Below, piece by piece: positions 14,912-29,066 of a DNA stretch of 64,000 nucleotides. Every line of letters starts with the position of its first letter. The stretch's first letter is position 1. The stretch lies in the NCBI RefSeq assembly GCF_009914755.1, contig NC_060927.1. One strand, 5' to 3'. Both the position numbers and the translations under genes were made by a program. Origin of the DNA: the human T2T-CHM13v2.0 reference genome, Homo sapiens. Under the pieces are notes generated by a model. That model did no database searches and had not been told where the DNA came from. It saw nothing but the letters and a program-made list of their open reading frames with translations.

Positions 14912-17337
14912 GATGGGCAATACATAATGATAAAGGGTTCAATTCAACAGGAAGACCTAACTATCCAAAATATATATGCAGCCAACACAGGAGCACCCAG
15001 ATTCACAAGGTAAGACCTATGAAGAGACTTAGATTTCCACACAATAACAGTGGGAGACTTTAACACCCCACTGGCAGTATTAGACAGATAATCAAGGCCA
15101 AAAACTAACAAAGATATTCAGGACCTGAACTTGACAGAATGTACCTAATAGACATCTACAGAACTCTCCACCACAAAATGACACAATATACATTCTTCTC
15201 ATCTGCACATGGCACATACTCTAAAACCAACCACACAAATGGATATAAAACAATCCTCAGCAAATTCAAAAAAACCAAAATCATACCAACCACACTCTTA
15301 GACCACAATGCAATAAAAATAGAAATCAATACTAAGAAAATAACTCAAAACCATACAATTATATGAAAATTAAAGAACTTGCTCCTGAATGACTTTTTGG
15401 AAAACAGTGAAATTAAGGCAGAAATCAGTTCTCTGAAACTAATCAGAACAAAGATACAGTATACCAGATCTCTGGGACACAGCTAAAGCACTGCTAAGAG
15501 GGAAGTTTATAGTGCCAAATGCCTACATCAAAAATTCAAAAAGATCCCAAATTAACAACCTAACATCACATCTAGAGAAACTAGAGGAACAAGAGCTAAC
15601 CAAGCCTAAAGCTAGCAGAAGATGAGAAATAACCAGTAGTAGACTTGACTTGAAGGAAATTGAGACAGAAAACAAACAAAAAAAAAACCCCAAAAAAACC
15701 CATGCAAAATGCCATATAAACACAGACCTCTTGTCTTTGAGCTGATTCTATGAAATCACCTTTCCCATACCATTAGATTTTAGTCTTAAGAGGTATCAGC
15801 CTGTTGCTTCTGACCTCTTAGTGGGGTTTTCAGCTTAGGAAATATTCCATTACAAATATTTAGGCAGGAAACCTAGAAGGAAGTCTCAAATGCTTTTATT
15901 AAAATCTTATGCAACTTTAATATGTAAGAGTCCTTAATGTATTAAGGGGTGGAGGAAGCAGATATAGGGAATGTGTACATTTTCTATGGTTAGCATAGGG
16001 CCAAAGAATAAAAGGAGATTGTAGATTTTATTTTTTTAATTCTGTCTTTTTTGTGGATAACTCATTGCATTTAAAAACTGTAAGATGGGTTAAGCAGTTG
16101 CATTTAGATGAGAGCAGTGAGGTGATAGATAATCCAGGCATTCAAATAGGGTACAAATGAATTTTTCAGCTACATTTTAGAACAGCAATTAAATGTAATT
16201 TATAATCTTATTTAATTGATAGGTTGTGGTAATTAAAGGAGCTTTCTGTTGTAAGTGATCTTGTGAGATAAAGGACATTGCTGTCAAAATATTTTTAATA
16301 TTTAAAGCCAATATTTCAGGTAGATGTCGAAGTGATTTAGCTAATTATTATTCTTTTATCCCAGATATGCTACAATTAAATGATAAATAATTGGATTTTT
16401 TGATAAACGGGATGTAAGGAGATATGTGTGTTTTCTGATCACCAAGTAACTATAAATATTTTGCACACACTGAATTTTTTGGAGGGCAAATCTGGCTCTC
16501 TTATTGCAAAACACTTTTTTTTTTTTTTTTTTTACAAATTTGATGTGTATGGTTCTTCTGCTTTAGTCATAGAATAAAAAATCATATTCTTACAAAAATC
16601 TTATATTCAAGCTCTCTAATTATGACCATCAATGATTTTCATTATTTTTTTTCTGCTTAAAAATCCAGAGAATTTCTCTCACTGATTTTTGAGGTTTTCT
16701 GCCATCTTATGTTGCTAACTTTCTTTTTATTGTCCTGTTTGACGCTGTAGCCACGCAGGTCTCCTAGTGCTTCAGCTCAGGCTGTTCTTTGACACTCAGT
16801 GCCATTCTCCTTCTCCTCCACACTCTCCCATCTAAGCCAGATTATAACGTGTTCAGTTTCCAGCTTCATAACTTATCACTGCATGACTCCGAACAAATAG
16901 CCTAACTTCTCTGAGCCTTACTTTCCTTATCTATAAATTTGAAATAATATCCACATCACAGTAATTGTGATAATGAAAAAAACACATACAAATATTTGAG
17001 CATAGTTTCTGCCAAATATCAAATATTTAATCAGTGTTATCTGCCACTATTACTATTATAACTCTGTTTTTATAGCTATTATGACAATTCTATTCTTCCT
17101 CAATTAGTTAAAAATTGACTTTCCCCAGAAACCCTTTCTGATTGTTCTTATATACCTCTAATTTTTTCTCAGATCTGTTTCCTCTTAGCACCTGGCTTCC
17201 CTTTGGACTATGTTAATCTACCTATGTTATTATATTTCTTTCATCATTCTTCAGCGAACAGCAACAAATACTTTGCATCTATCATATGCCAAGTACTCTG
17301 CTATTATAAAGGGATCCATGGGCATATAGTAGAGGGA

Positions 17338-17340
<3 letters not shown>

Positions 17341-17382
<42 letters not shown>
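17341..17382. repeat. (TG)n microsatellite, ~21 units
   Basis: Perfect tg run. Confidence 0.97.
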
Positions 17383-17384
<2 letters not shown>

Positions 17385-18974
17385 CATGCATGTATGTACA
17401 TATGCTTTCAAGTGGAGTTAGGGAGAGAAAATCTGTAGGTTGAATAGAGCTATGAATTTTTCAGAATAAACTAGGCTTAAGGAGCAAAAACCGTTCTCTC
17501 CGAATGTTCTTGAAATCTGAGATTTTTTTTTTTTATGGTTCAAAACATAGAAACACTGTAGTTATCTCTGATCTTGAAACAGCTTTACATATGCTTTCTT
17601 GGACTCCTATGTCATCATCCAGATGCAGGGTAGAGATAGAAAGGGAAGTCCTCCTTGAAGAACAGAATCCTAACAGATTATTCCAATTTATATTGGGGAG
17701 TGGGAATGTTGTGGGAGGGGAATTGGGGGGCAGGGTGAGAGGAGAGGGAGAACATTCCGGGCAGCAGGAACAGTATGACCAAAGGCGCTGAGACATGAAA
17801 CTGCCAAGAAGGATTGAGAAGTGCACAAAGTTTGGTGTTACTAGAGTCAAGCATTTCAGGAGATGAGTCAAGAGTCAAGCATTTCAGGAGATAAGGCAGG
17901 ACAGGCCGTAGGAGCCAGCTGGATCAGACTTAGAGGCCTATGGCTTATATATTTATATCTCTCTATAAGGCACTTAGGGAGGTAGGTCTATATAAACAAT
18001 TTATAACAGGTAAATTCTACATGTTGCTTCTAAATTTGGACTTGGGGCTTACAATATGGCATGTAATACATTCCTTCCAATTGCTGTTGTCACCAGAATA
18101 TGATGAAAACATTAGTTAAGTTAATATATAATTGATATTTAGCACTCTCACTTTTAATAACTTGAGTGAAGGATAGAAATGTGAAGTGTCATTTGTGACT
18201 TTTGAGGTGGGGGATTCTGTATGAAGTTTGATAGTAGAGATGGGATTTGACGGGATTGAGACATCCAATGAGAAGAGTCAAGAGGATCACTACAAATGTG
18301 TGGCCTCGAACCTTTCAGTACCTTCTTCATATATTTTACACAGTAGAAAGCCAAGTGCTTTCTATTCACAGCTTCATTTTACACAATTATGTGTATGACA
18401 ATGTACAAATACATTTTCATCAATATTTGGTTTGTATTTCTTTGTTGGCATTGCAATTAAGTTTTGACTTCCTTCCCCTCTCCACTCCTTTGATTTGATA
18501 TATCAATGTGTTATTCATAGCTTATGCAATACCTGATGTTAATATTTAGCTCTAAAAAATTTTACATTTTTACTCCAAAAATATGTTTTCTAAGTTTGAG
18601 TGTTGTCCAGTAGATTTTAACTCTGTCTTTTTGTGGTGTTTCCTCTTCCTTGGAAATTAAGCATTAGGACCCAAAACACCCTAACCGCAAGAGCTTAAAA
18701 TTCCCAGAGAAGAATTAGATGTGAAAGAAACAACTCTATAACTTACTTGAACTTTAATTAGCCTGAAAGTGGAATGTCAGGGAGAGGTCTGCAAGGAGGC
18801 TAGGAAAACAGAGCAAAGCAGAATATCAGCATATTTGCAGCACTGTGCAGGGGAGATCATACCCTTATTGAGGGGTCCATGCTTACCAAACAACTTTTTA
18901 ATTATCACTCATGGATTTGCCTATAGAAGTTGCCAATCTACTGATTCAAATATACAGACTTCTTGGCCCTTATA

Positions 18975-19299
18975 TTTTTCTTTTTCTTTCTTTCTTTTTT
19001 TTTTTTTTTCTTTTTGAGATGGAGTTTTGCTCTTGTTGCCCAGGCAAGAGTGCAGTGGCGCAATCTTGGCTTACAGCAACCTCCGCCTCCTGGGTTAAGT
19101 GATTCTCCTGCCTCAGCCTTCCAAGTAGCTGGGATACCAGGCATGTACCACCACACCTGGCTAATTTTTTTGTATTTTTAGTAGAGACGGGGTTTGTCCA
19201 TGTTGGTCAGGCTGGTCTCAAACTCCCGACCTCAGGTGATCTGCTCGACTCAGCCTCCCAAAGTGCTGGGATTACAGGCATAAGCCACCATGCCAGGCT
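18975..19299 (-). mobile_element. Alu (AluS-like), first of a tandem pair
   Basis: Full reverse Alu with T-rich tail. Confidence 0.94.
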
Positions 19300-19300
19300 C

Positions 19301-19619
19301 TTTTTTTTTTTTTTTTTTTTTTTCTGAGACAAGGTCTTGCTCTGTCGCCCAGGCTGGAATATCGTGGTGCAATCTTGGCTCACTGCAACCTCTGCTTCCC
19401 AGCTCAAGCGATCCTCCAGCCTTAGCCTCTGGAGTAGCTAGGAACACAGATGTGAGCCACTATGCCTGGCTCATTTTTGTGTGTGTGTGTGTATTTTTCA
19501 TGGAGATGGGGTTTCACCATGTTGCCCAGGCTGTTCTCCAACTCCTGAGCTCAGAGCAATCCATCAACCTTGGCCTCGCAAAGTGCTAGGATTACAGGCG
19601 TGAGCCACTGTGCCTGGCC
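19301..19619 (-). mobile_element. Alu (AluJ-like), second of a tandem pair
   Basis: Reverse Alu, gctcaagcgatcctcc, (TG)n in the middle A-rich linker. Confidence 0.93.
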
Positions 19620-20174
19620 CAATTTTTTTTTTTTATTTAAATGAATTACTTCAGCATTTCCAGTTATAAAGCAGCCTCTTAAGAATTCTGCTTCTCAGGT
19701 GAACAGACAACTCAAGTGTCTGAACCCGCAGGGCTGAGCTGCCAACTCCTGGCTGTGTAACTCCTCCCAGATAATGCCCCTCCCTGAGGTCCTATCTGGG
19801 CTTCCAAGACCCCTATTTCTTGGATAGCTCCATCTTCTCTAATGTTTTGTAAAGTTTTTATGGAAATATATCAGACATACAGAGGAGTGCACAAAGCATA
19901 TAAGTATAGTTCAATAAATTTCCTTACAGTGAATGCACCCAGGCAAGCTGCCTCCAGATGAAGAAATAGGACAATACAGGCCCTCCAGAAGGGTACCATG
20001 TGTTCCCACCCAGTCACTATTACTACTCACATGTAACCACTACTCTGACTTTTGCCACCATAGATTAATTCTTTCCTGTTTCTCTTTCACATTAATTAGC
20101 GCCTGGTATTCTGAATGACCTAGGATATTAGGATCCGTCTGGCTGAGGGTGAGCCTTGGGCACCCCAACGAGGG

Positions 20175-20624
20175 TGTAATTGGTTCAGTTGTGCCCCCCT
20201 CCCCCCCCCGCTCCAAGAGATATTTAGAAGTCCTAATCCCCAGTACCTCAGATTGTGACCTTATTTGGAAATAGAGTCATGGCAGATGTAATTAGTTAAG
20301 ATGAGGTCACACTGGAGTAGGGTGGGTCCCTAATGCAATATGATTAGTGTCCAGGTGAAGACAGAAACACGGGAAAACACCACGTGAAGACAGAGAATTG
20401 TAGTGATGCATCCACAAGCCAAGGAATGCCCAAGATTGGTGGCAGAGCCAAAGCTAGGAAGAGGCAAGGAAAGATTCCTCTCTACAGTTTTCAGAGGGAG
20501 CATGGCCCTGCTAACACCTTGATTTCAGACTTCTGGCCTCCAGAACTGTGAGACAGTAAATATCGGTTGTTCTAAGCTACCCAGTATGTGGCACTTTGTT
20601 TCAGCAGTCCTAGGCACTAATACA
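20175..20624 (+). mobile_element. MaLR solo LTR (MLT1B/C-like)
   Basis: TG...CA ends, gtgaccttatttggaaatag, cttgatttcagacttctggcctccagaactgtgaga; TSD gaggg/gaggt. Confidence 0.88.
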
Positions 20625-21312
20625 GAGGTTCTGCCATGGTACTGATCCCTCTTCTCTGCATCCCCTGAGTACACTTGGTTCTTGGTCTTGAAGATGGTCC
20701 AACTGAGTAGTGGCTACACCCTGTCCAAGCTGTGGCTCTCTAAACTGACTCACAAACTGCCTCTCTTGCTTCTGCTTACTCCCTGTCTGTGATGTGCCCT
20801 GGGGGCAGACAAGTTTCATTATCATTATATTGGTTTTTCTTCATTTCTTGACTCTGCTCTTTACTACACTTTGAGATTGAGCCAGTTTGCTTCCTGACAT
20901 GCTCCAGGTTGAGCCTTGCAGACCTGCCCTTCTGCACCTTGCCTGGGTCTCTGCTGAAGTGTTCTTATTCATCCTCCTAGACCAGATTGGGGCCACACCT
21001 CTGGTGTCCAGTTTTTCCCAGTTCCTTTGGCCCCAAAAATATCTTTGATAGGAAAAAAAAAAATCAGCTCACTTTATTTTTTAAATGAAATCCTGATTTT
21101 CCAAATAGTGTGGCATGTTGTAAATAAAGGCTTCATTATGCTGAACTTTGGCATGTCAAAGATTCCTTCTTCTTTGATAAAATAGAAAAGCCCTCAGTTT
21201 AAAAAGCAGCCCAACAATTAGACTTTGGTTAGTAATAGGGAACCATGCAGAGCATACTAGACATGGGATGTTCCTTACTCATTGAAAGATCGTCTTTAAA
21301 CTGCCTTACAAC

Positions 21313-21629
21313 TTTTTTTTTTTTAAATTTTATTTATTTATTTATTTTTTGAGATGGAGTCTTGCTCTGTCACCCAGGCTGGGGTGTAGTGGTGTGATCT
21401 CAGCTCACTGCAACCTCTGCCTCTGGGTTTCAAGCGATTCTCCTGCCTCAGCCTCCTGAGTAGCTGGGATTACAGGCACTTGCCATCAAGCCTAGCTAAT
21501 TTTTGTATTTTTAGTAGAGACGGGGTTTCACCATGTTGGTCAGGTTGGTCTCAAACTCCTGACCTCAGGTGATCCACCCCCCTTGACCTCCCAAAGTCCT
21601 AGGATTACAGGCGTGAGCCACTGCGCCTG
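21313..21629 (-). mobile_element. Alu (AluS-like)
   Basis: Full reverse Alu. Confidence 0.95.
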
Positions 21630-22317
21630 TGAACTTATCTGTTTTTTATTTTGGGCTGAGTTTCTGGTGTTAGGGGAATCACAAGGACAGTACTGTTGTG
21701 AAGTCCCCAGAGTGACTCTCTAGGCTCAGGCCAGTTCCTGTGTTCTTGCTTTGGGACCTAGGGACTCTGCTGGTGGCATTTCTTTTAAATCCTCTTAGCA
21801 CAGACTGTCCTTTGGTCTTTAATGTCCTCAGCCTAGAGTGGATGTACATTCTTCAACTGTCCCTTTCTTTTCTGTTCAGAAGCAGTGGAATATTGCTAGC
21901 AACTATGGGAAAGTCTTCAAGACATTTTTAAAAATCACCAACTTTCAGAAGTTTAGGTAATCCTAGTTTTGGTTTCTGGTCTATTTGACATTCTTAATTC
22001 TCTTGTTAAGCCTCTTTCAGCTTCTAGCTCCTGTTGTTTATACTGGGAAGTATTTTGCCCTTGGAGGAGGGAGTTTTAGGCTAATTATATATTATATATA
22101 ATGCACATTTTATGTAATTGAAAAAATATAAAACAGTACACTTTGTAGTTCAGAGGTCAGGGATAGAGCAAGGGGTTATGTGTATGTTATGTTTTATTGT
22201 CTGTGTTTAAATGTGTGACTACATGGGCTTGCCTTTAGTACATCCATACTCTCTCGGCTCAGACAGTCCTTACACCCTGAGATTTCATGGCATGTGATAG
22301 ATGGGTATAATTATCTG

Positions 22318-22420
22318 TGATGGATGGTTGGATGGATAGATGGATGAGATAGGTTGGTTGGATAGATGGATGGATGAGATGGGCTGAGATGGATGGATAC
22401 ATGGATATATGGATAGATGA
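22318..22420. repeat. Degenerate (GATG/TGGA)n simple repeat
   Basis: gatggatggttggatggatagatggatg... Confidence 0.85.
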
Positions 22421-24524
22421 ACAAATGATAGGGCTGCTCCATCTGCTTGGTCGGTTTTCTCACTAAACTATTATGCTAGTGATATGAATTTCAGTTGATT
22501 TCAGGGGTGCCTCCTGAAGCTTGGAAGCGTTTTCCTAAGCCCAGGAGGATTTCTTAAGCTTCAGAGATCTAGAACTGATAACTCCTTAGCTTGGCTATGG
22601 AATGTACTAAAATATTGTTCTAGTAGGTTGTGAAAGTGAGGCCAAACAGACTCCATTGTAACCCTCAGTGTACTGGGGTGACGTTTTTCATTGGGAGCCC
22701 AGATTTTTTTTTTTAATTTACCTTCTTGGGGATTGCGTACACTTCTGTAGAAGATACTTTTCTTCTCGCCTCTGCCCCAGAAGAGAAATGCCCTTTGAAT
22801 TTTGTATTGTATTTTCTAGACTGGGTTGTTTTATAATGTGAATAATGTCGTCAGTAAATAGTTATCCATCTTTTGAAAGATCTACCTTTTAATGTTTTCT
22901 CAGATTCTTCTTTATAGAAAATAACGTTAACAGTGAAAGAATTCCATACATGAGTCTTCACATTTTTGTCAGTGAAAACAAAATTATTTTTTTAATTTTT
23001 AAAAATTATGCAATATTATTTATTTTATTTTAATTTCCTTATTGTTACATATTATATGTATGTATTTTGGGGGCACATGTTATAGTTTGATACATTCATA
23101 TAATCACATCAGGATAATTAGGATATTTGAGTCTTCACATATTTGTTAACTAGATTTCAGTTTACACTTGATAATAAACCGTGTTACAATGTCTTTGAGG
23201 TAACATTTGCCGTTCATGTAAGTAGATCATTGTTTATAGTCACATCATTTATAAGTCTAACCACTTCAAGACTAAAGACCAGGCTCGTTCATGCTCTGTT
23301 TAATAGTCCCCTTTATCAGACATTGTCTATGGTATGTGGTAGGCACTTCACAGTCCCTTGATTCTAAAAACAATGTGGTAACCTTCCTGTAAGGTTGTGC
23401 CTTGGATTATTTTCTGGCCAGAACACAGAACAAAGCATTCCAGAGAAACCTTGGTTTGTTTATCTACTTTCTTCAATGCGCTCATTTTTGCAGCCCCGTC
23501 AGTATGGTTATCAGGAAGAGAAATTGGTTATAAGAAGACTATTTTCTGCATCTACTTTCTCTTCAATATGTTTTGTTTTCAACAGCGTTATTATAGATTC
23601 ACATAAACTGGAAATCTTTTTCTGTTTTATTTCCTTTTTCAGAGATTCATAGTGTTTTAAATATCTAGGTATCTTCAGATGACTTGAGCTACCAAAGGTT
23701 TATGTTACATGACTTAAACTACCAAAAACATGTTTATGTTTTAGAAAAAAATTCTATTTAAAAATGAAACGACAATTCTAAAGTATTTCTAGCAATTTGT
23801 ACGATTCACTAGCTTAGTAAACTGTTTTTACCAGATTGGCAAAAAGTGATTTGGCTCCAAAATGACATTTAGATAATCAAGTCTCTGAAAACAACCTAAT
23901 TTCTACTCCAAGGAATGTACAAATTTGTGATGTATTTGTTTGGTAGAATAGAGCATTTAAAAAGAATGAACCAGATCTTTAGGCACCATATGGATAGACC
24001 TAAAAATTAAAAATATAGAGTGATAAACACAAATTTCAGAATATTATGTATTTGCTATTCAAATGTTAACACTGAAAACAATATCATATACTCTATAATG
24101 TTTATGAATATGTATGTGTGGGTATGTGTTTTTGTGTGTATATATAAAAAGGGGACTGACTATGTATCAAATCCATGATACTGGGAGGAGAGGAATGGGG
24201 GTAGGGAAGGGACCATAAATCTAGTTTAAAAATATCTTTCAGAAGAGATGGTTATTTTTGGTAATGAGCTCATGGGCATTTATTAAATTAACATTTGGAC
24301 CTCTATTAATGTTTTTGTGATAAATATGCATAATATTTCCTAATGAAATAGATCACAACTAGGAGCCATACATTTATCAAGATTCTGGGAATGAGACTGA
24401 AGCTATTGTTAGGCACACCTAATATTTCATGATGTCATTCTGTGCAAATTGAAAATTAACAGAATGAATTTTGAACATGAGGAAAGCTTCAAGTTGATCT
24501 CACTCTTGGGAAGCTTACAGGTTG

Positions 24525-24748
24525 GGAATAAGGACCCTGGCAGCAAACTGCCTAAGAGCAAACCAGCCTTGATACCTTTTAGCTTAAGACCTTGGGCAAG
24601 TCATTTAACTTCTCTAGGTCTCAGTCTCCTTTTCTGTAGAGTCAGAATAGTAGTGCACATCTCCATCTCAGTGCTATTGTGGGGATTATATGAGTTTGTG
24701 CCTGTGAAACCTGGAATGTAGTAAGTGTGCAAAAAAGATTAGCTATTA
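24525..24748 (+). mobile_element. MIR (SINE) remnant
   Basis: gaccttgggcaagtcatttaacttctcta...tcagtctcctttt ctgtagag MIR core; similar cores near 2930, 16860, 33930, 40930 and 41640. Confidence 0.7.
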
Positions 24749-24749
24749 T

Positions 24750-25064
24750 TTTCTTTTCTTATTTGTATTTATTTATTTTTTTGAGACAGAGTCTTGCTCT
24801 TTCTCCCACGCTGGAGTGCAGTGGTGAGATCTCAGCTCACTGCAACCTCCGCCTCCGGGTTTAAGCGTTTCTCTTGCCTCAGCCTCCCTAGTAGCTGGAA
24901 TTACAGGCGCCTGCCACCATGCCTGGCTAATTTTTTGTATTTTTCGTAGAGACGGGGTTTTGCCATGTTGGCCAGGCTGGTCTCGAACTCCTGACCTCAG
25001 GTGATCTGCCCGCCTTGGCCTCCCAAAGTGCTGGGATTACAGGTGTGAGCCACCGCGCCTGGCC
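24750..25064 (-). mobile_element. Alu (AluSx-like)
   Basis: Full reverse Alu; gctattatt on both flanks. Confidence 0.95.
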
Positions 25065-26819
25065 TGCGCTATTATTATTTTCATCACTGCCCCTGCTATC
25101 TGCAGCCTCGGTTCTTTGAGTGTACCATTTTCATTCTCACCTCAGAATCTTTGCAAATGCTTCTTCCTCTGCCTGGAATGTTCTTTCTTTCTACCCTGTT
25201 TTATCTGATTAACTCCTCTTCATCCTTCAGAGACACTTCCTGTCCTTCCCTATCTGGATCAGTCCCTAGTCACCCTACAATTGGAACTTGATGATTACTT
25301 GTGAACTACTTGTTAATTTCTGCCTTTCTTGATGAACTGTAAACTGTTTTTCTTCTTCGCTGCTGTATCTCCAAAGCCTAAAACAGTGTCCAGCACAGAG
25401 TAGTCAGTGAGAAATTCTTTATTGAAGAAATCAACAAAGTTACCCTAGAAAGTGAAAACATTCAGAGTTAAATTTAGCAAGAAATGATTTTGAAATTCAC
25501 TTTGCCTTAAGGATCAATCCACTGGTTTTAGGAAATAAATCTAGGATTGTTTCATTTCATAAAAAAATCTATCATATGTATTGATTTATTTGTAATAATA
25601 AATTATAAGTTGCCCTAAATTAAGATTCACCTCATATTTGTAACTTAGCTCTAGGAAATCATCTGATTGATAGTGGTATATGTGTTGTCACATTTTCATT
25701 TGCTGTGGAGAGCAGGACAGTTTCAACACGGGAATTTTAAGGTTTGGTATATGCTCATCTGATTGTTCACCCTTAAGCTAACTCATTTCTTTCTTTTAAA
25801 AATAGCAGAAAAGGTAAGGGAAAAAAATCAGATTGGAGAGGATATTTCCTAAGGGCCAGAATAATCCAGGCTTATTCAGAATAAATTGGCATAATAAGTA
25901 TTTGAAAACAGAACTTTCAAATATCAGATGAAATGTTATTTATAACTTTTAAGCAAACTAAAACAGTAAACTCTTTGGAAGGGGGACTTTTAGAATCAGG
26001 AAAGACAGAAACTTGTTCCCCCTTAGTTGTAGTTTTATTTACCCTGGGAGAAAAACATAAGAATGCTTTCAAGTGTAAGGAAGGGCTGTGTATTCAGATA
26101 TCAGCATACTGCTCCAAGAAAGACATCAGAGAGTTTTGAACTGATTGAAAGCCCAAATCTATTGGATCAGTTGAGGAGCAGAGCAAAATATGACCAAGCA
26201 ATAAACGAGTACCTTCAAAGCTTTTAAGAAATTCTTATAGTTTGTATAGGTGGTTGGGAGGTGAAATTCCAGGGCTAGGAATATAATGTAAAGCCCTACA
26301 ATGAAAAAGAAGACTGCAAATTGTGGCCGTAGGGGACTTTCCCTGCCCCGTTCAGAGACACATGATTTTTTTTTAACAGAAATCCCTGGAAAAATTACTT
26401 TAGAGCCATGTTTTCTTGCATTCTGCATTTTCATTAATGGTAGTATACTGAAATCACAAATTCATTCATTCTTTTCTTCATCAGAGCACATTTACTTAGT
26501 TTTAAGTACTTTCCAAGCTCAGAATAAGGTCACCATTCTTCTATGGAAGTGAAACATCTCTTCTTTAGAATTGTGCAAAATTAATTACTGGTTGGGGTAT
26601 GACCTTGGGGGTATAGGATATAACATGTTTTTGGACATTTGAATGTGTGGACTCACAAAACTCTGCTAATAACCACTTAACCTATTTATTAATCATCTGC
26701 CTCAAAATCAGGGCTGAAGACTTTTGAAATAATGTAGTTAGAGACTCTGTACAGTGACCATACTTTGGGAAACCCTGGTTTAAGTAACATTCGAATGTTC
26801 CTGTTCACCCTAAATTCTT

Positions 26820-27003
26820 GCCACTCAAAGCAGGGGCTTCAGACTAGCAGCACTGGCATTCTTTTTTTTTTTTTTGCATGATTTGGGAGCTTGCTGGAAA
26901 TGCAGATAACCAGGCCCTGCCCTAGACATGCTGAATCAGAATGAGCAACTTAACAGGATGCTCAGGTGATGCCAATGGCTATTAAAGTTTGTTAAGCACT
27001 GCT
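26820..27003. mobile_element. MER5A-like hAT-Charlie MITE
   Basis: gggagcttgctggaaatgcagat..caggccctgccctagac..gctgaatcagaa..caggtgat..aaagtttg..aagcactg. Confidence 0.75.
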
Positions 27004-27343
27004 CTGCCCACTCCTGCCAAATGGACTTTAGAACATACTAGTAATGTGTGACCCACTTTCCAAGAATGCATCCTGTATTAGGCAGTCCAAATATTAGCAA
27101 GGTCTTCCTAGTACTGAGCTCAAACTTAACTCCTTGAATTTTGCATTCACTGGCCTTGGCATAACTGCTTGGTAGCCATCAGAACCAAGTAAAATCCTCT
27201 TCATGAAGGACCTTCAAGCCTGTGACTAGGCTGTCTTGTTTCTTTCCTTGATTTAAGCTTCCCCAGGTGTAACTAAATCCCTGTTTCCCCCAGTATGACA
27301 GTGCTTGAGGTTTCTTTACCAACTTATCCAGACTAAATAATCT

Positions 27344-27504
27344 TTTTTTTTTTTTTGAGATGGAGTCTCGCTCTGTTGCCCAGGCTGAAATTCAGTGACA
27401 TGATCTTGGCTCACTGGAGCCTCTGCCTCCCAGGTTCAAGGAATTCTCCCTGCCTCAGCCTCCCGAGTAGTTGGGATTACAGGTGTGAGCCACTGCGCTC
27501 GTCC
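27344..27504 (-). mobile_element. Monomer-length chimeric Alu with intact TSD
   Basis: Right-arm body fused to the left-arm 5' end; TSD cagactaaataatct (27329-27343) / cagactgaataatct (27505-27519). Confidence 0.88.
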
Positions 27505-27924
27505 CAGACTGAATAATCTTAAAGGACCCTTCCAACTTTAAAATTGTGATGGATTCTTTAGTAATAAGTAATAGTGGATAGAAGATGATGGAAACTCAGG
27601 AACTATACTTTCTATACATTTAAGGAGAGAATAATCCTGAGGCACAAATATATCATGATCCATAATTTCTTTAGGTTCAAAATTCTGTCTCATGGTGAAG
27701 ACTTCTCTAATAGTAGGCATTAAACAGCACTCCTTTGCTTTTCTCTTGATTTCTAAATGGGTTTGCTACTTAACACTTCAAAAGTGAAATGTATATAGAG
27801 ATATATGAAAATAAGCACTTTCAGTTTCTTTGAAAATTGAAACATTTATGTACTTAAAAAAATTCTCTGTAATCTACAATTCAGCACATCAGCTGATTTT
27901 GTTTTTCTTTAATGCCTTTCAGTA

Positions 27925-28097
27925 CAGTACATTCTCATTTAATGTCATTAATAGGTTTTTGGAAACTACAACCTTAAGCAAAACATTTTTGTTCATTGTC
28001 ATTTTATTATTGATGAAAAAAATTGGTTTTGATGTACCTTACTTTGCTGAAAGTCATAGTTTCCAAGAACTTATGAACAATAAGTGAGGATTTACTA
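27925..28097. mobile_element. Tigger-family palindromic MITE (MER6-like)
   Basis: TA flanks; ~55-bp imperfect terminal inverted repeats (ttggaaacta..ttaagcaaa / tttgctgaa..tagtttccaa). Confidence 0.7.
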
Positions 28098-28329
28098 TAA
28101 GGTGTTACATATGCATATGTCTAACAAATGGAAATAATCTTCATGTAGTCAACTTTTAAAAACTTTCTTTGGTAAAATCTATTTTTTATGTTACTATATG
28201 ATTTTCATAATCAAGCATAATTATTTCCCTGTTTAAGGGCATTAGAGTTCATAAATGGCCTATGAAATAAAATATTTGCCAATTTTAAGGTATTTGTTTT
28301 CTAAGAATTTTTTAAAATAAATATATTCT

Positions 28330-28515
28330 AACAGAGACCATAGCAGCAGAAAAACCCCACCTTCATCCTCTTAAGGTCCCAGCTGGGTCCAAGAATTAAA
28401 TTGACATAAGTTAGATTAACAGGAGAAAAGCATGCACATTAATTTTACAAGTTTTATGTGGCATGGGAGCCCTCATAAAGAAGTAAAGACGCAAAGAAGC
28501 AGTTAGAGCCAGTTA
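28330..28515 (-). mobile_element. ERV1-class LTR fragment (MER31/MER67-like); continues at ~31648-31915 after the Tigger1
   Basis: gattaacaggagaaaagcat..gggagccctcataa..gaagcagttaga resumes as cttatatactag..tttcaagtgcctttaacttaaa; family assignment from memory. Confidence 0.5.
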
Positions 28516-28727
28516 CGGGCATGGCTCATTTTATTGTATTTCATAGATATTGTGCTTTTTACACATTGAAGGTTTGTGGCCACCCTTTGTCCAATAAGCC
28601 TATTGGTACCATTTTCCCACAGTATGTACTCACTTCTTACCATTGTGTTACATCTTGGTAATCTTAATATTTCAGATTTTTTCATTATTATTATATCTGT
28701 TATGGTGATCTATGATCACTGATCTTT

Positions 28728-29066
<339 letters not shown>

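Noticed and set aside
15139-15366. ORF with L1 ORF2p similarity
   Set aside because: Fragment of a disrupted L1; not an independent gene
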